Assembly (NCBI GenBank): GCA_964016885.1
Contig: OZ024743.1
Location: 195,238,001-195,302,000, forward strand
DNA length: 64,000 nt
From: Eledone cirrhosa
Lineage: Eukaryota
Direction: 5' to 3'
Shown piece by piece: positions 1 to 14,110 of the stretch. The notes beneath the pieces were generated by a model that saw nothing but the letters and a program-made list of their open reading frames with translations, searched no databases and had not been told where the DNA came from. How positions within the stretch are numbered: the first letter of the stretch is position 1; each line of letters starts with the position of its first letter. The translations under genes and the position numbers were made by a program.

Positions 1-35
1 GATACATTCACATCAACACAAACACTAGCACGCAT

Positions 36-129
<94 letters not shown>

Positions 130-205
130 GGTGTAAATTATGAATATATTATATATCTATCCAGTCTATCTATCTATTTCTCTCGCTCTCTATCCCTAAA
201 TATAT

Positions 206-249
<44 letters not shown>

Positions 250-309
250 TCCCCATTGTATCTCTATATTATTACATTGCGATTGACCATACGGAATTGA
301 CCTCAAACC

Positions 310-391
<82 letters not shown>

Positions 392-463
392 CCGTTTATA
401 TTAAGTATTTCCGAAGAAAAAACAAAGGAAAAAAGAGTGCTCTAAGCATAATACAGAGGTATT

Positions 464-621
464 TAATTAGAAAGTGAACAACACAATATATAACTACTTA
501 TATATAACATATTATAACTTTTTCATCTGATGAGTGAACTAGACGTATGTTAATATTGTCTAGGCTACCGAAACCTTTGGTAATGGAGTAGTTATATATT
601 GTGTTGTTTACTTTTTAATTA
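464..621. repeat. 34-bp inverted repeat enclosing the HHR, between (TA)n tracts
   Basis: 464-497 TAATTAGAAAGTGAACAACACAATATATAACTAC is the reverse complement of 588-621 with 2 mismatches. Confidence 0.85.
521..588 (+). ncRNA. Type I hammerhead ribozyme (intact core)
   Basis: CTGATGA 527-533; stem II CTAGAC/GTCTAG; GAAA 570-573; stem III ACC-ttt-GGT; GUA site (cut after 582); stem I TTTCAT/ATGGAG. Confidence 0.75.
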
Positions 622-623
622 TA

Positions 624-735
<112 letters not shown>

Positions 736-849
736 TGTGTATATGTGTTTGTGCGTGTGTGTATTTTTATGTGTGTGTGTGTGGGGGTTTGTGTGTATTT
801 GTATGCAAAAAGTAAACAGAAATAACAAAGTTAATGAGACAGTACAATG

Positions 850-2750
850 AAGATATATATTGGATTATTACTTCAGTCGTAACGTTTCGGACAATATTTC
901 TTCAGCAGGAGTTACAATGGGGAAATAAGAGATGAAATAGAAAAATAAAGACAGATAGGAAAGAAACTGAAAATTATTTTTATTTTTTAGAAAAGATTCA
1001 TATGTATTCAGTTAGACAATTTGGAGAAATGCTGTACAATATGTGTCCTTTGTAATTGAAAGTTTTAGAAAGGGAATAAATCGTTGTATATTCTAAGTGG
1101 ACAGGCGCGCGTGCGTTTTTGTCTGCGTGCGTGTATATGTTTGTTAATTTGTTCGCGGAAAGGTTTGAAGAATGGGCGTTGGATAGTGACGGTTCTGGCT
1201 GCTGTGAGAGGTCGGCATGTGAGTGTGCACGCGCGCGTGAACTGACCAATGCAAGGAGGTATATAAGTATGCATGTGAAAGTCTGCATATATATATACAT
1301 ACACACATACACAGAATCAGTTGCAACTGGTTGTATAGAAAAGGAGCCGGTAGTGAATATGATCGTTGTCCTATACATTTAATTTCGTGGTATATCCTTA
1401 AGAAAAACCACTTAGATTCGATTACGACGATATGGTTGTACAACCTCAAACAGCTGAACTACGAAGTGTGAAGTCCCTACGTGCGTGGAAGTGGATAAAG
1501 CGAGGGGGTGATGGGGATAGATTGAATGTTGCGAACATACTCACTGACTATGCCACACAAGCGGCAGTGGATGCTAGGCGATCAGAAACTCACACGCAAG
1601 AAAAACAAAGACGAATACACACTTTAGTGAGAGCCCTGGATTGTGTATGTCGATGTATGTGGTGTGTGCATGAGTGCCCACATACGCCTGCATGAATCAG
1701 AAATTGCACGACTTTGAGGTTTAATTTTATACAGAGGTTTGTGTGTTGTGTGGTATATTCGGGTGTTATATATATGTATGTTGTATTGTCTGGTCGGTGG
1801 AGTTGAGCGTGAACATGAGTTTGGTCGTGTTGGATAAAGGGAGGATATAAAATCTGTGGATCGTCGGGGAAGGTAATTGAATGCATTATGAAGTATAGTT
1901 CCAATGAGGTCCTTGTGTGAGGGGCTGGGCTGCGAATCCTTGGTATTAAATGACGCCTTATACAGTGTTGGTTGGAAAGACGTTACGAGCGACAAGGGTA
2001 TTTTCCCCATTCGTATGCCCCTCAGGGGTTCGGCGAAAGCGAAATAATGCTTCGTAACTTTGAGGGTGGTGAGGTTTTTAGTTAGTGAGATGCATTACAG
2101 TGAGGGCAGGAGCAAGTGTACACAAGTAGGGTGGGAGCAGGGATGGAAGCAGGGGAGGAGAAGAAGGAACTGTACACAAAAAGGTCTCCAAGATTAAAGG
2201 TGGGGATGAAAGGGTAAGGAAAGAAATGAGAAGTGACGGGTGTCAGAAACGAGGGTTCGGAAGCAATGAAGAATATAGTGCCTCAGGAGACGGGTAGAAG
2301 AGTTTTAGGTGAGAGAGAAAGCAAGGCGGGTGTTTAAGGCGGGCGGTCATGAGGTAAGAGGGTTGTTCTCTGGTCAGTTTCTCGGGATGGGTAAGGGCAG
2401 CTTGGATCAGCGTGTGAGGATATCCAGCTAGAAAAGCATTAAGCCATGTGTTCAGAGTGGATCTCGAAGTCATGGTCCAATCTGTGGACGGAGGAATTGG
2501 GAGTAGGGTATGGAGAGTTTTATGTGGGTGAAGACGTAGAATTGGGAGTCAGTCGATTTGTAGAAGATGGAGGTAGAGAGGGCGTAGTGAGTGTGGTCGA
2601 TAGGAAGAGCGGGATGTCGAGTAATTGGATGAAAGAATCGGAGACGGAGGTTTTGAAGGTGAGGGCTAGAGGAAAAGACTGGACAAAGGAAAGAAAGGAG
2701 TCAAGCTGTTCACGGGGTGGAGAGTTGGCGCCGATACAATTGTAGATATA
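850..2750 (-). mobile_element. Decayed Penelope-like element, 3' portion (RT C-terminus, linker, GIY-YIG remnant)
   Basis: Minus-strand pieces resemble PLE RT end (YIYNCIGA..REQLDSFLSFVQSF.LALTFKTSVSDSFIQLLDI; AGYPHTLI), Cys-rich linker and ..IESKWFF.. terminus; many frameshifts; degenerate HHR-like CTGAAGA..CGAAACGTTA at 873-908; 5' side abuts a SINE. Confidence 0.6.
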
Positions 2751-2934
2751 ATTGATTCTACTTTTGGCACAAGGCCAGCAATTTCTCCAGTGCATTACTG
2801 GTGCTTTATTTTATCGGCCCCCTAAGGTTGAAAGGCAAATTTAATCTAGGAGAGATTTTAACTCAGAACGCAAAGGGCCATAACTATATGCTGCAAAGCA
2901 TGGTTCTCCGACGAACTAGCGATTCTGCCAGACC
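2751..2934 (-). mobile_element. tRNA-derived SINE (major family of this window)
   Basis: Matches other copies: B-box-like GAGTT(C)AAAT, central CCTTTCA.CCTTA.GGGG.CGATAAAATAAAG.ACCAG, tail GGCCTTGTGCCAAAAGTAGAA. Confidence 0.85.
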
Positions 2935-2999
2935 ATATAGCGCAGAGGTAGATCCAGTTTATTCGCAGAATATCTGGGCCTTAACGTAGCCTCATACAT

Positions 3000-3312
3000 A
3001 TATGATGGCTGCCTCCTCGTTATCGAGTATGGCCATTGCACAATATAAAATTATTAATGATTACCAATTAATGCTATCGTGTAATGCCTGTAAATGAAGA
3101 TTTTTTTAAAAGTGAGGAAAGACTGTGCACTGAGCCAATCCCTCTCTCTGAGCAACAGTATCTACAACCCGCAAAGAAGGAAAGATCAACATCATCGGTA
3201 ACTACTAAGCCAGAGATTTTATGTCAGTGTTATCCCAGTTTCCTGAGTTGCCTTCTCCTAGAAGAATGTCCTGGCAAAGGTTAGGGTCCTTCACACCCAC
3301 TGGTTTAACCAC
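3000..3312 (+). repeat. Dispersed ~310-bp repeat, copy 1 (copy 2 at 32968-33283)
   Basis: ATGATGGCTGCCTCCTC.TTATCGAGTATGGCCATTGCA...TGGTTTAACC shared colinearly; starts next to a TA run. Confidence 0.85.
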
Positions 3313-3614
3313 GCGATCGAGCATCCAGCGCGATTATTTCTATGTCCCCGCGCTATGCATATATACATTCAAAAATGCATACATACATATAGTTTTAATG
3401 TCCCAAGTGTGGAGGGTCATGAGACAGATGCTAATCCGGCTTGCTCCGGCGTTAAGAGACTTTCATTAGAAGACACCTCCACCACGGACAAGACGCCAGT
3501 CCATTGCAGAGTTAACTCCCAGCTACTGCCATTACTTATGTTCAGCTGAATACACAGAAGCAACTTATAATGAAGTGTTTTGCAAGAATACAAAACACAA
3601 AATGCATACATTCA

Positions 3615-3728
3615 TACACACACACAAACACACGCACACGCACACGCACGCACATACACACACGCGCACGCACACACACACACATACACACACACGCACA
3701 CACACACGCACACACACACACACACACA

Positions 3729-3826
<98 letters not shown>
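3615..3826. repeat. (CA)n/(CACG)n compound microsatellite
   Basis: Direct reading; source of the HT/CV ORFs. Confidence 0.95.
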
Positions 3827-3827
<1 letters not shown>

Positions 3828-4216
3828 TTTATAAAGAGTCGGGACCAGACGGCTGAACTCTTGCCGCTTTAACACGTAGTGTTTAATCAGCTCCTATATA
3901 TTACTGAAATTATATAAGAATCCAGCTTCCATAATTTTCGGCAATGGCAGGGCAGAGTGTGGTCTTGATAAACGCTAACAAGCGAGAAACAGACTTTCGA
4001 TCACTCTCCCTTTGTTTTTTCCCAAAATAGTAAGTGACATAGTCACTACTTTAAAACTCATAACGAATGGTCTTCAACATGTTTTTAATTAAACTTACAG
4101 TATATTGCCAAATATACTATACATATATAGTATTGTATAAGTTCAATGTACGAGAACAGAGCCGTTATATGTAAAAGAAATCAAAGAACGCCTACATACT
4201 CATACAATTTTTATTT

Positions 4217-4262
4217 GCTGACAATGTTTTATCCATACCATTGGGCAGGAATCATCAGAGCT
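4217..4262 (-). ncRNA. Degenerate type I hammerhead ribozyme
   Basis: Minus strand GCT-CTGATGA-TTCC..GGA-TAAAA-CATT-GTC-AGC-AAATAAA; GAAA box mutated; related to 60305-60340. Confidence 0.55.
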
Positions 4263-4334
4263 TTATAAACAAAAATACAGTGCTTAATCACATCAACAAT
4301 TGTAGAAGTATGTAGGCGTTCTTTGATTTTTTTT

Positions 4335-4412
<78 letters not shown>

Positions 4413-5112
4413 ATGTTTGTGTGTGTGTGTGTGTATGTGTGTGTGTGCGCGTATTGGGGTGAGTTTATGTATGTTAGTGAGTGAATATATTGGGTGTTAT
4501 ATATTATTGCCAACTGTTGTTCTGAAGCAAGTTATTATTGGAAGTTATTTAATGTTATTTTATGACGCCTCTTAATGGTGTTAGTATAATGCTTTTAAAA
4601 TTTACGGCAAAAATAAAGAAATATTGAATTTATGTGCGCTGCTAAAAGTGTTTTTTATTCTAACACCATGTAGCTTTTAATTTGCACCTGCTTGTAAAAT
4701 GAAAGCTACATGCTGCACTATCAACGTAAAATATTTCGAGCATTCTTACCAATATTTAGATAAATAGGTTTGCTCTAAATTCAGTTAAATATCTAAAGAA
4801 AAGAGATATGGTAAAATTATTCCATGAAGCCTCACGTATTATGGATATTTAAAAAATTCTATCTGAACATGTAACGAAAATGTTTCTGTTACGGTTTCTA
4901 TATGGAAATCAAATATCTAAACAATTCATTTTTCATTTTGGTTAAGGGTTTTTTTTTTGTGTGTGTGTGCTTGTTCCGTGTAGTTTTAATATCCTTTTAG
5001 TGAATGTTGACACGATTCTCTGATAATCTACCTGTAGCTGTATAGTAGAAATAAATTATCAAAGATATGCGCCTACACACAACTATTGTGGTTCTTCATT
5101 TAATTTCATATG

Positions 5113-5146
<34 letters not shown>

Positions 5147-5844
5147 TGTATATATATATTTCTATATATACGTACACACATATATATATATATATACATA
5201 TTGTATCCTCTTACCACTGTATCCTCAGAGCATTCTGCTCTGAGGATACAGTGGTCACAGCATTGGATATTTGAGTTCTGCAAATAGTTGTAAATTTGCA
5301 CATAGCATAACTAGGCTGTAGTACCACCGTGGAAACATTTGTAAGCACACGGAATAAATTACCTTTTTATGATGTCTACCTGTTATTATTCATTCTTTAT
5401 ATATATATATATATATACATACATACATTCACCCCACATACACACACATATATAATAGACATATATATGTGTGGGTGTAAATGTGGGTGTATATGCGTGA
5501 TATTTTCAAGGTCATCGGGGAATTCTCTATCTGATTGTTCTTAACGCTACATTTATCAGAGAAATCTCTTTGAGAATTATATTTCAAAATTTTTAAGATA
5601 AATTCGTTTCCCCTATATCAATATACACAAGGAACATATATTTTTGCTGACAAAAATGAAACTAATTCTTTTAAACGAGCTGAATCTAATTTCCATGTTT
5701 AGAGAAAAGCGATTCTCTCAAAATGTGAAATGGCGACATACGTTTATCTATAGAAAAGTAACATTACTCCAGTTCCTGTGTGTATCTGAATATGAGAGCA
5801 TGCATTTGTATATACGTGCGTGTGTGTGTGTGTGTGTGTGTGTG

Positions 5845-6600
5845 GGCGTGATATTGCACCACTCCTATTTGCTTTGTATTTCTCTGTCATGCTGAAAACA
5901 ACTTTTGAGAATGCCAAAAGAAGAGTGAGGATTGAATATAGAACATGTGGTGGCTTGTTCAACCAACAACACTTTAAATCAGGAACTAAGACCATAGTGC
6001 CAACTGCTCGTGACCTGCCCTTTGCAGACGATATGCACTTGTAGACCACACCCTTGAGGAAATGCAGTGCATAGCTGACAACTTCTTTCACGCATCTAAG
6101 GCTTCTGGTATGACCATCAGAATTAAAGAAAAAAACTAAACAAAAGAATAACTGAGCTTCTCCACCAGCCTTCTCACGACAATCCACACGCTGTTATTCC
6201 TGCTGTTTATGTCGAGGGAAAGACCTTGGGAACTATAGCGAAAGCACACCAATCAGCTTCAGGTTTTTCACATGCGATGCTTGCATACCCTCTGCAACAT
6301 GAATCTGATCGATCTCATCGGAAATAATGAGATTCTGACTAAATGAAACATGTCCGGCATTGAAGCTATCCTCATGAAAGTCCAGCTCAGGTGGACAGAG
6401 CATCAATCTCGTATGAGAGATAGCAGACTTCCTAGGCAGCAGTGTTTTGGTCAGTCCAACAGGCAGGCGAGTTGGAAGACCACACTTGGGATTCAAATTG
6501 AAACTCAATGACACTCTGAAAAGATACAACATCCCCTTCTTTTCGTGGGAGAGGAAATCATCAAAATACAAGAGTTGCTTCGCTTCTATTCAAATATTTG
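5845..6600 (+). mobile_element. RTE-clade (BovB-like) LINE reverse transcriptase fragment
   Basis: VRIEYRTCGGLFNQQHFKSGTKT...RDLPFADD matches the RTE I.YRTDG.LFN...K...RD.LFADD signature; stops and frameshifts downstream. Confidence 0.75.
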
Positions 6601-7124
6601 AGTGAGGTGGACATGAAATTGTGACCAACTATGTGCTAATTTCGACTAAAGTATAATGGAATCTTATGCAAATAGCTATAAAACATGAACAAAATAAAAG
6701 ATAAACTGTGAGAAAAGGCAACATGAAATTGTAAAGAGACAGGGAGAAGAGCACGATCATTTCCGACAAACTCAAAACAAAGCCAAGAATGGGTTGAAAA
6801 TGTATCTTGATAAGATCGTGGAATCAAAAGCTACTACAGTGACTGATAAGAGGTGGATAAAAAAATGTTAGCATTGGCTGAGAAGCACTGTAATTATAGC
6901 CACAAATATATTAAAGACGCTTATAGAAGTTAACAGCTGATTAAGCGAAGGTTCTGAAGATATAAATTATTACATGTTTTCCCGCTGCCCAATCTTGGCC
7001 GAAATAACACTGTGATAAACAGGCAAAACTCCAGAGTAACAAAACTGATTTTATAGCCATAATATGATTATTAAAAATCTACCTCGGTATTGAGTAGTCC
7101 GTTCCTTCAGCCGTCAACCACATA

Positions 7125-7164
<40 letters not shown>

Positions 7165-7168
<4 letters not shown>

Positions 7169-7681
7169 TGCTTATTCGATTTGTGCTATTTATGCAATTT
7201 TTTGCATGATTTACACATAGTGAGTTCATTTGCCAAAATCTGGGGTTTTTCCCCTTGTGAGTTACGTATGTGCTTTTACAAAGCTCTGGGTCATTCACAA
7301 AGTTGGCGCAGAACAAAATACCTGCTGATAACGTGATATTCCTTGTTCGATCATTATACCAAAAGCTTATAGTATTATTGATTTAGGTGTCATAGAAATC
7401 CTGCATTCGGATTTTACCATTAATTCCAATGGGTCCAGGTCGGTAATATATGTGTATATATATATATATATATGATTTTATCATTTATTTTGTTTGACCT
7501 GCTTAGCTTGACTTGCATTTTGGCTTAGGTGGTTAATGCCTTCTTGACCACTTTTTTAGTTTGTATAGTGTTTTAACTTATGTTTAGCTCTGGTTTTTTA
7601 ACTATAGGGCGCTTGCCAGCATAGCTCTGATTTTGCGTTTCGTTTCGCTTTTTCAACCCGCCGAAATGCGATTCTCGCTGA

Positions 7682-7687
<6 letters not shown>
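7165..7687 (-). repeat. Dispersed ~500-bp repeat (paralog 25966-26442, opposite orientation)
   Basis: Shared blocks GCGAGAATCGCATTTCGGCGGGT, CATTAACCACCT.AGCCAAAA, AAGCTTTTGGTATAATGATCGAACAA. Confidence 0.8.
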
Positions 7688-7735
<48 letters not shown>

Positions 7736-7891
7736 TCAGCGTGTATAGTCTTTAATGCATCTAAACAGCCTTGACCCGCAGCAGACGACTGAAGAGAGGA
7801 AATGTCTATCTCTATGTTTTTGTTTCCTTTATTCTCTACACTCGTTATTAGTAACCACACAGCCTTGTCCCTTTTAATTTATATGTATGTG

Positions 7892-7928
<37 letters not shown>

Positions 7929-7989
7929 GTATATACATATATATGTAGGTGGTGAGTAATATTGTAGAACAATAAAACTATGCATATAT

Positions 7990-9805
7990 CAGATAAGTGG
8001 CACTCAACATTTGGTAGAACTGGAGTATATATAAAGATTTTTAATAAGCATACCATTAAATTCTCATATTCCACTACTTCCAACATTTCTAAAATGATCT
8101 CAAGACATACTTCTAAAATATTAAATAATAACTCATATGCATCCAACCATGACAGTCATAATAATAACACTCTAAGGCCCGACGTCAATGTAAACTCTAG
8201 GTAAAATAACTTAAATATCAACACGACGTCAAATGTATCTTTGAGGAATGCTTCATATAGTAATGTAAATCAGAAAACTTTAGCACCCTCTTTAGCTAAT
8301 TCCACCATTCCAGTTCCTATTATAAATAATCCTGGGCCACTGGCAAATAACTATGTTAATAATTTTCATCGTAAATGCAACTGCCGTATTAGAACTAATT
8401 GCCTCTTAGTAATTTCTGTCTCGATAAAAACTTAATTTACGAATGTAAAGTGGTAACTGGTACTAATACATATACCTACATTGGCTCTACTTCTACTTCT
8501 TTTAAAGCAAGACTCTATAACCATTCTTTTACATTTAAATATCCACTTAAAAGGACCAGCACGGCACTCTCAGAACTTATTTGGTACTTAAAAGACAAAA
8601 ACATTAATTACGAAATCTCTAGGCGTAACATTTGCAACGCTTCACCTTACTCCAATGCTTCTATATCTAGGGTTTGTAATTTATGTATAGCTGAAAAATT
8701 TACCATTATCTCGAATTTCAACTGTTTAATAAATAGACGTACGGACTTATTTGGTCTCTGCATTCATAAATCTTTTAAGACCTTTCACAAAGTATACAGC
8801 TAATGTCCTATTACTTATTCTACGAATAACGGTTAATTTTTTACACATATATATCTTTACACATATATCTTTTCACACATTTTTTCTCACATATTTCATT
8901 ATATCCTACAATGTATTAATCCCCTTTTCTATGCATTATTAAGCCTTTCTCTATTGACGTAACATTTTTTTCGTTCAAACCTTCGTAGATTTTGTAAACA
9001 ATCTATGACGTCATATGTCTTTCTACATTTACAAACCTTTCTAGCAATTTCCTTTATAATATAATAATCAAATACTATACTCCACATATATGAATTTTTA
9101 ATAGTAATTTTTAATTTTGACATAGATAGACTATTCTTATTTTTATTTTTTATTCTAGTTTATCTTATTTTATTTTATTATTTTATTTTATTTTATTTTA
9201 TTTTAAAAAAAACCTTTTTTATAATTATAATAATTATTTTTAATTTAATTTTTATTTTATTTTATATTATTTTATTTTTATTTTATTAATACATTTTTAC
9301 ACTTCTTAATCCAATTTTTAGTATTCAAACTCAATATTAAATAATATACCCAGTTTCTTTATTCTAGACATCTAATATTTACATATTAGCACATTCCCCT
9401 CGTGAATTTATTTATTTATTTAATTTTATTATTAAATTTGTTCAGCCGTTATTCACAGCTGTTTTTTTCATTTTTGACAGCGTTCCCGATCAAAAGTATA
9501 TATATATATATATATCTTTCCCTTTCTTTCTCCTCCTTCTTTCTTTTTTTTTTCCTACCTTCTATTTCTTTTTTTCCTTTTTCGTTCTTCTTTCCTTTTC
9601 TTCATTTTTCCTATTTTTTCTCTTCTCTTATATTTTTGTCATATGTTAACTGGATACTTTCTTGTTCATAAGTGTTTTTAGGCCTCATATCATGTTATCT
9701 TATTGTATATGATGAGAACACAATTTTTGTCCCAGGATGATGTTGTTTTCGAAATGCGCATAATAAAATATATGGAACTTTTGTAACCATCTTTTAGATT
9801 CTTCT
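7990..9805 (+). mobile_element. 5'-truncated Penelope-like element: linker + GIY-YIG endonuclease + AT-rich 3' UTR
   Basis: KIFNKHTIKFSYSTTSNI..I..H; KCNCR..NC; NLIYECKV..YIGSTSTSFKARLYNH; STALSELIW.LK; CNLCIAEKFTII; LINRRTDL..C.H; frameshift near 8405; (TA)n on both sides. Confidence 0.8.
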
Positions 9806-9811
9806 TCATAT

Positions 9812-10682
<871 letters not shown>

Positions 10683-10735
10683 TATATATATATATATATA
10701 TTAATGAAGAAGTCATTTTTATTGATTTCCTTGAT

Positions 10736-10923
10736 AATTGTTTCTACTTTTGGCACAATGCCATCAATTACTCAGAACATTACTGGTACTTTATTTTATC
10801 GACCCCGTAAGGATGAAAGCCAAAGTTAACCTGGGCGGAATTTGAACTCAGACCGTAAAGGGACGTAACTATGCTGGAAAGCATGGCGTCCGACTCTCTA
10901 CAGATACTGCCAATCCACCACCG
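10736..10923 (-). mobile_element. tRNA-derived SINE with ~17-bp TSD
   Basis: Full-length family copy flanked by TTGATTTC(C/A)TTGATAAT on both sides. Confidence 0.9.
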
Positions 10924-11271
10924 TTTGATTTCATTGATAATGTTACATATATTTCAGTAGTATTTATTATGTAATTCTTACGGCCTCTTCAGACACATAT
11001 TCGCACGCCCAGCTGTCATATGGATTCAGTACAAGTCTATCTCGCTATATTTGTTAGCTAGGGTGTGTTTATTCAATACTATTGGTTGATTTTTCTTCTT
11101 CTTCTTGATCATTCTAATTTTGGTAAAAAAATGTATTTGACTATAATTAATTAGATATTTTAGAGATATATGTTTCCACTTGGGATATAGTGTGATCAGT
11201 TGGAGTAGGTTGCTTCTGATAAGACGCGCAGGAATGTGTGTTCGAGGACACTGCCCCCAAGACACTCTCAG

Positions 11272-11376
11272 GAAGAAGAAGAAGAAGAAGAAGAAGAAGA
11301 AGAAGAAGAAGAAGAAGAAGAAGAAGAAGAAGAAGAAGAAGAAGAAGAAGAAGAAGAAGAAGAAGAAGAAGAAGAA
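11272..11376 (+). repeat. Pure (GAA)35 microsatellite
   Basis: Direct reading; generates the poly-K/E/F ORFs. Confidence 0.95.
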
Positions 11377-11571
11377 GATAATGATGATGATGTTGGCAGT
11401 TCGAATAAGGATCAGTATATTAGTTATCTGTAATTGTAAGGATTCGCTCTCACAGTAGGAGGTTTTTCCTCTTCGCAATTAATTGATTTCATGGCAAGTG
11501 TGATTTAAAACACCCACAGCCTGTTGTGTGGAATGGTGTGACAAGAAAAACTGGAACAACAAAAACAACAG

Positions 11572-11620
<49 letters not shown>

Positions 11621-12350
11621 TGAATGCATAAAAGAGTTGGCTGATATAGCGGAGAAATACTGAGAGTGGAAATGTAAAAATAGATAAACATTGAAAGTTT
11701 CTGAGTAACACAATGAGAATACTCTAAGCAAATGTCAACTCAGGCAAACTGAAACAAACCGACCGTATATTCTCAACGACTACCAAGAAATGAAGTTGTT
11801 CATCATTAATGTATCAGACCCAACATACGACAATGCATTTCCAAAAGAAATCGTAAATGTTACATAGAGCTCCTGAAATAAAGATGACCAGAAAGTAGAT
11901 AAGTAAATTTGATACAATCCATACAAAAAATATATCTTATTAAAATACCGTAGATTGTAGATAATATCACCCTAAAAATTGAATACATTCATCCAATACA
12001 CACACGGACATACTCACGCGTGCACACACTCGCATACACACGAACACTTATATTCACATACATATTTATTTACACATGTTCTATGATATTGGATTTCATC
12101 AGACACATCGGCACTGGACTAGTCTCGGAAATCCACGGTCGGGCCTGTGGTTGTTTGACATCCTAAAAAACCTTAAAAATTCCATTAACCTATTTTACTA
12201 TCATAAGCAAACATGTTATTCGCTTATTTTCTGTGCATTTTACTTTGGGAAATGAATGGAATAATCCATCTTGTTATGCTTGATAATACATGATAATGCC
12301 TATGAACAAAGTGTGAGTTATATCACGCGCGCACACACAAACACACACAC

Positions 12351-12422
<72 letters not shown>

Positions 12423-12557
12423 AGTGAACCTAAACATCGAGTGCTCACCCGGGTGAACCTGCAGTAACACCCAAGTTACACTCCCTATATATATATATAT
12501 ATATGAAAGACGTAAAATAAGAAAATTTTAAAAGTTAACTTACTTACTAAAATTTTT

Positions 12558-12639
12558 ACTCCAACTAATTAGTTTCTGTAAGGGAATAAATATAGTTACG
12601 TAACGCAACTATAGAGAAATTCTTACGTCATCAGGGAGT
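12558..12639 (-). ncRNA. Type I hammerhead ribozyme (intact core)
   Basis: ACTCC-CTGATGA-C-GTAAG..CTTAC-A-GAAA-CTAATTAG-TT-GGAGT; palindromic stem III; GUU site. Confidence 0.75.
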
Positions 12640-13028
12640 CTATTCTCAGCTAAGTTCCCAGGCAATGCGCGGACACTAGGAACCCATATATATTTGCTAG
12701 CATAGGTATACATCTGTATATATATGTTGGTAGATATACTAATTCTCTATATTTACCTCCAAATTATTTGTTGAGCAAAACTTGCCGAAATTACTACTAT
12801 GGTTCATGGTAGTAGTTAGGCTCTTGTCTTATTACCACTCCACTCCTCACTGATTAACCTCAGTGTCACGTGATTGATTCTTTAGAATTTGCCACTGACC
12901 AAGTATGCAGTGAATTTTTTCAGTGCCCTGGAATCTAGTCCCCGCTCGCTTTTTTCCATCCACTGAATTATTATTTTTATATGGGTTCCTAGTGTCCGCG
13001 CATTGTCTGGGAACTTAGCTGAGAATAG

Positions 13029-13110
13029 ACTCCCTGATGACGTAAGGATTTCTCTATAGTTGCGTTAAGTAACTATATTTATTCCCTTACATAAACTAAT
13101 TAGTTGGAGT
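13029..13110 (+). ncRNA. Hammerhead ribozyme copy with mutated GAAA box
   Basis: Same as 12558-12639 but GAAA reads TAAA. Confidence 0.65.
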
Positions 13111-13272
13111 GAAAATTTTAGTAAGTAAGTTAATTTTTAAAATTTTCTTATTTTACGTCTTTCATATAATTGTTCTGCATCCTCTTGCATAGAACCACAA
13201 AGGTACTAAGACATAACATATATATTTGCTAGCATAGGTATACATGTGTATACACATGTTGGTAGATATACT

Positions 13273-13393
<121 letters not shown>

Positions 13394-13430
13394 AAATTGG
13401 TGTGGGATACTTAAAGCGTCCATAAACGGT

Positions 13431-13628
13431 ACGGAGAATCAGTGTTGCGACGAATAAAATTTGTTAGACATATTACAATCCTTTCTCAGGCGACCAGCTC
13501 GAGGCACGATCGATGCAATGATCGAACTTGATTCTGAAATCGCAAGGTCCTCAGATACGTCTTGATTCTACGAGAAATGATTCTAATATGTCTAATGAAT
13601 TGTATTCGTCACAACACTGATTCTCCGT
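13431..13628. mobile_element. HHR element (minus, 13467-13561) plus inverted truncated copy of its 3' end (13572-13628)
   Basis: Minus GACGTAT-CTGAGGA..GAAAGGATTGTA-ATATGTC; ~55-bp arms ACGGAGAATCAGTGTTG.GACGAATA; paralog at 39945-40100. Confidence 0.75.
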
Positions 13629-13800
13629 TTCTTATGTGATATATATATATATTGTTATACTTGGGGAGGGTCATATTTGTGTATTCTGCGTCTTTTATAT
13701 CGGTAATCTAATATATCGGTCCTCAATGTTCCCATTGACTGACCGACGGTCAAAAATATTACAGATACAATATAGACACAAACACATATATATAGTTTAT

Positions 13801-13839
13801 CATATATCTTTCGTTGCACATCTGCAACATCGTCAGTGG
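13801..13839 (-). ncRNA. Minimal HHR in PLE copy A 3' region
   Basis: CA-CTGACGA-T-GTTGCA-gatg-TGCAAC-GAAA-GATATA-TG; weak stems I and III. Confidence 0.6.
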
Positions 13840-14110
13840 TGCTATTGTTTCTTCCTGTTGAATTGTATGGCTACGGTATTTTTATTCAGTCTGTCTATAT
13901 ATTTATTTATTTATTTGCTTGTTTGTTTATTTTATTTTGTCTTCTTTGCGCATGCGTTTGCGTGTGTGTATAGTGTTTTGTTTGATGTGTGATGTGTGTT
14001 CGTGATTGGGTGACTAATGTGTGTTTATGTGTTTGTTGTTATTGTGCTTGTGTATGTATTTATTTATTTATTTATTTATTTATTTATTTTATTTTATTTT
14101 ATTTACTTAT

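Noticed and set aside
7785-7815. CTGAAGA-GAG..CTC motif; also CTGATGA at 58848 and 48492
   Set aside because: No correctly placed GAAA, stem III and NUH
9725-9770. HHR remnant at the end of the 8-kb PLE (CAGGATGA..CGAAATGCGC..AATAAA)
   Set aside because: Position fits but core and stems are too degenerate to call
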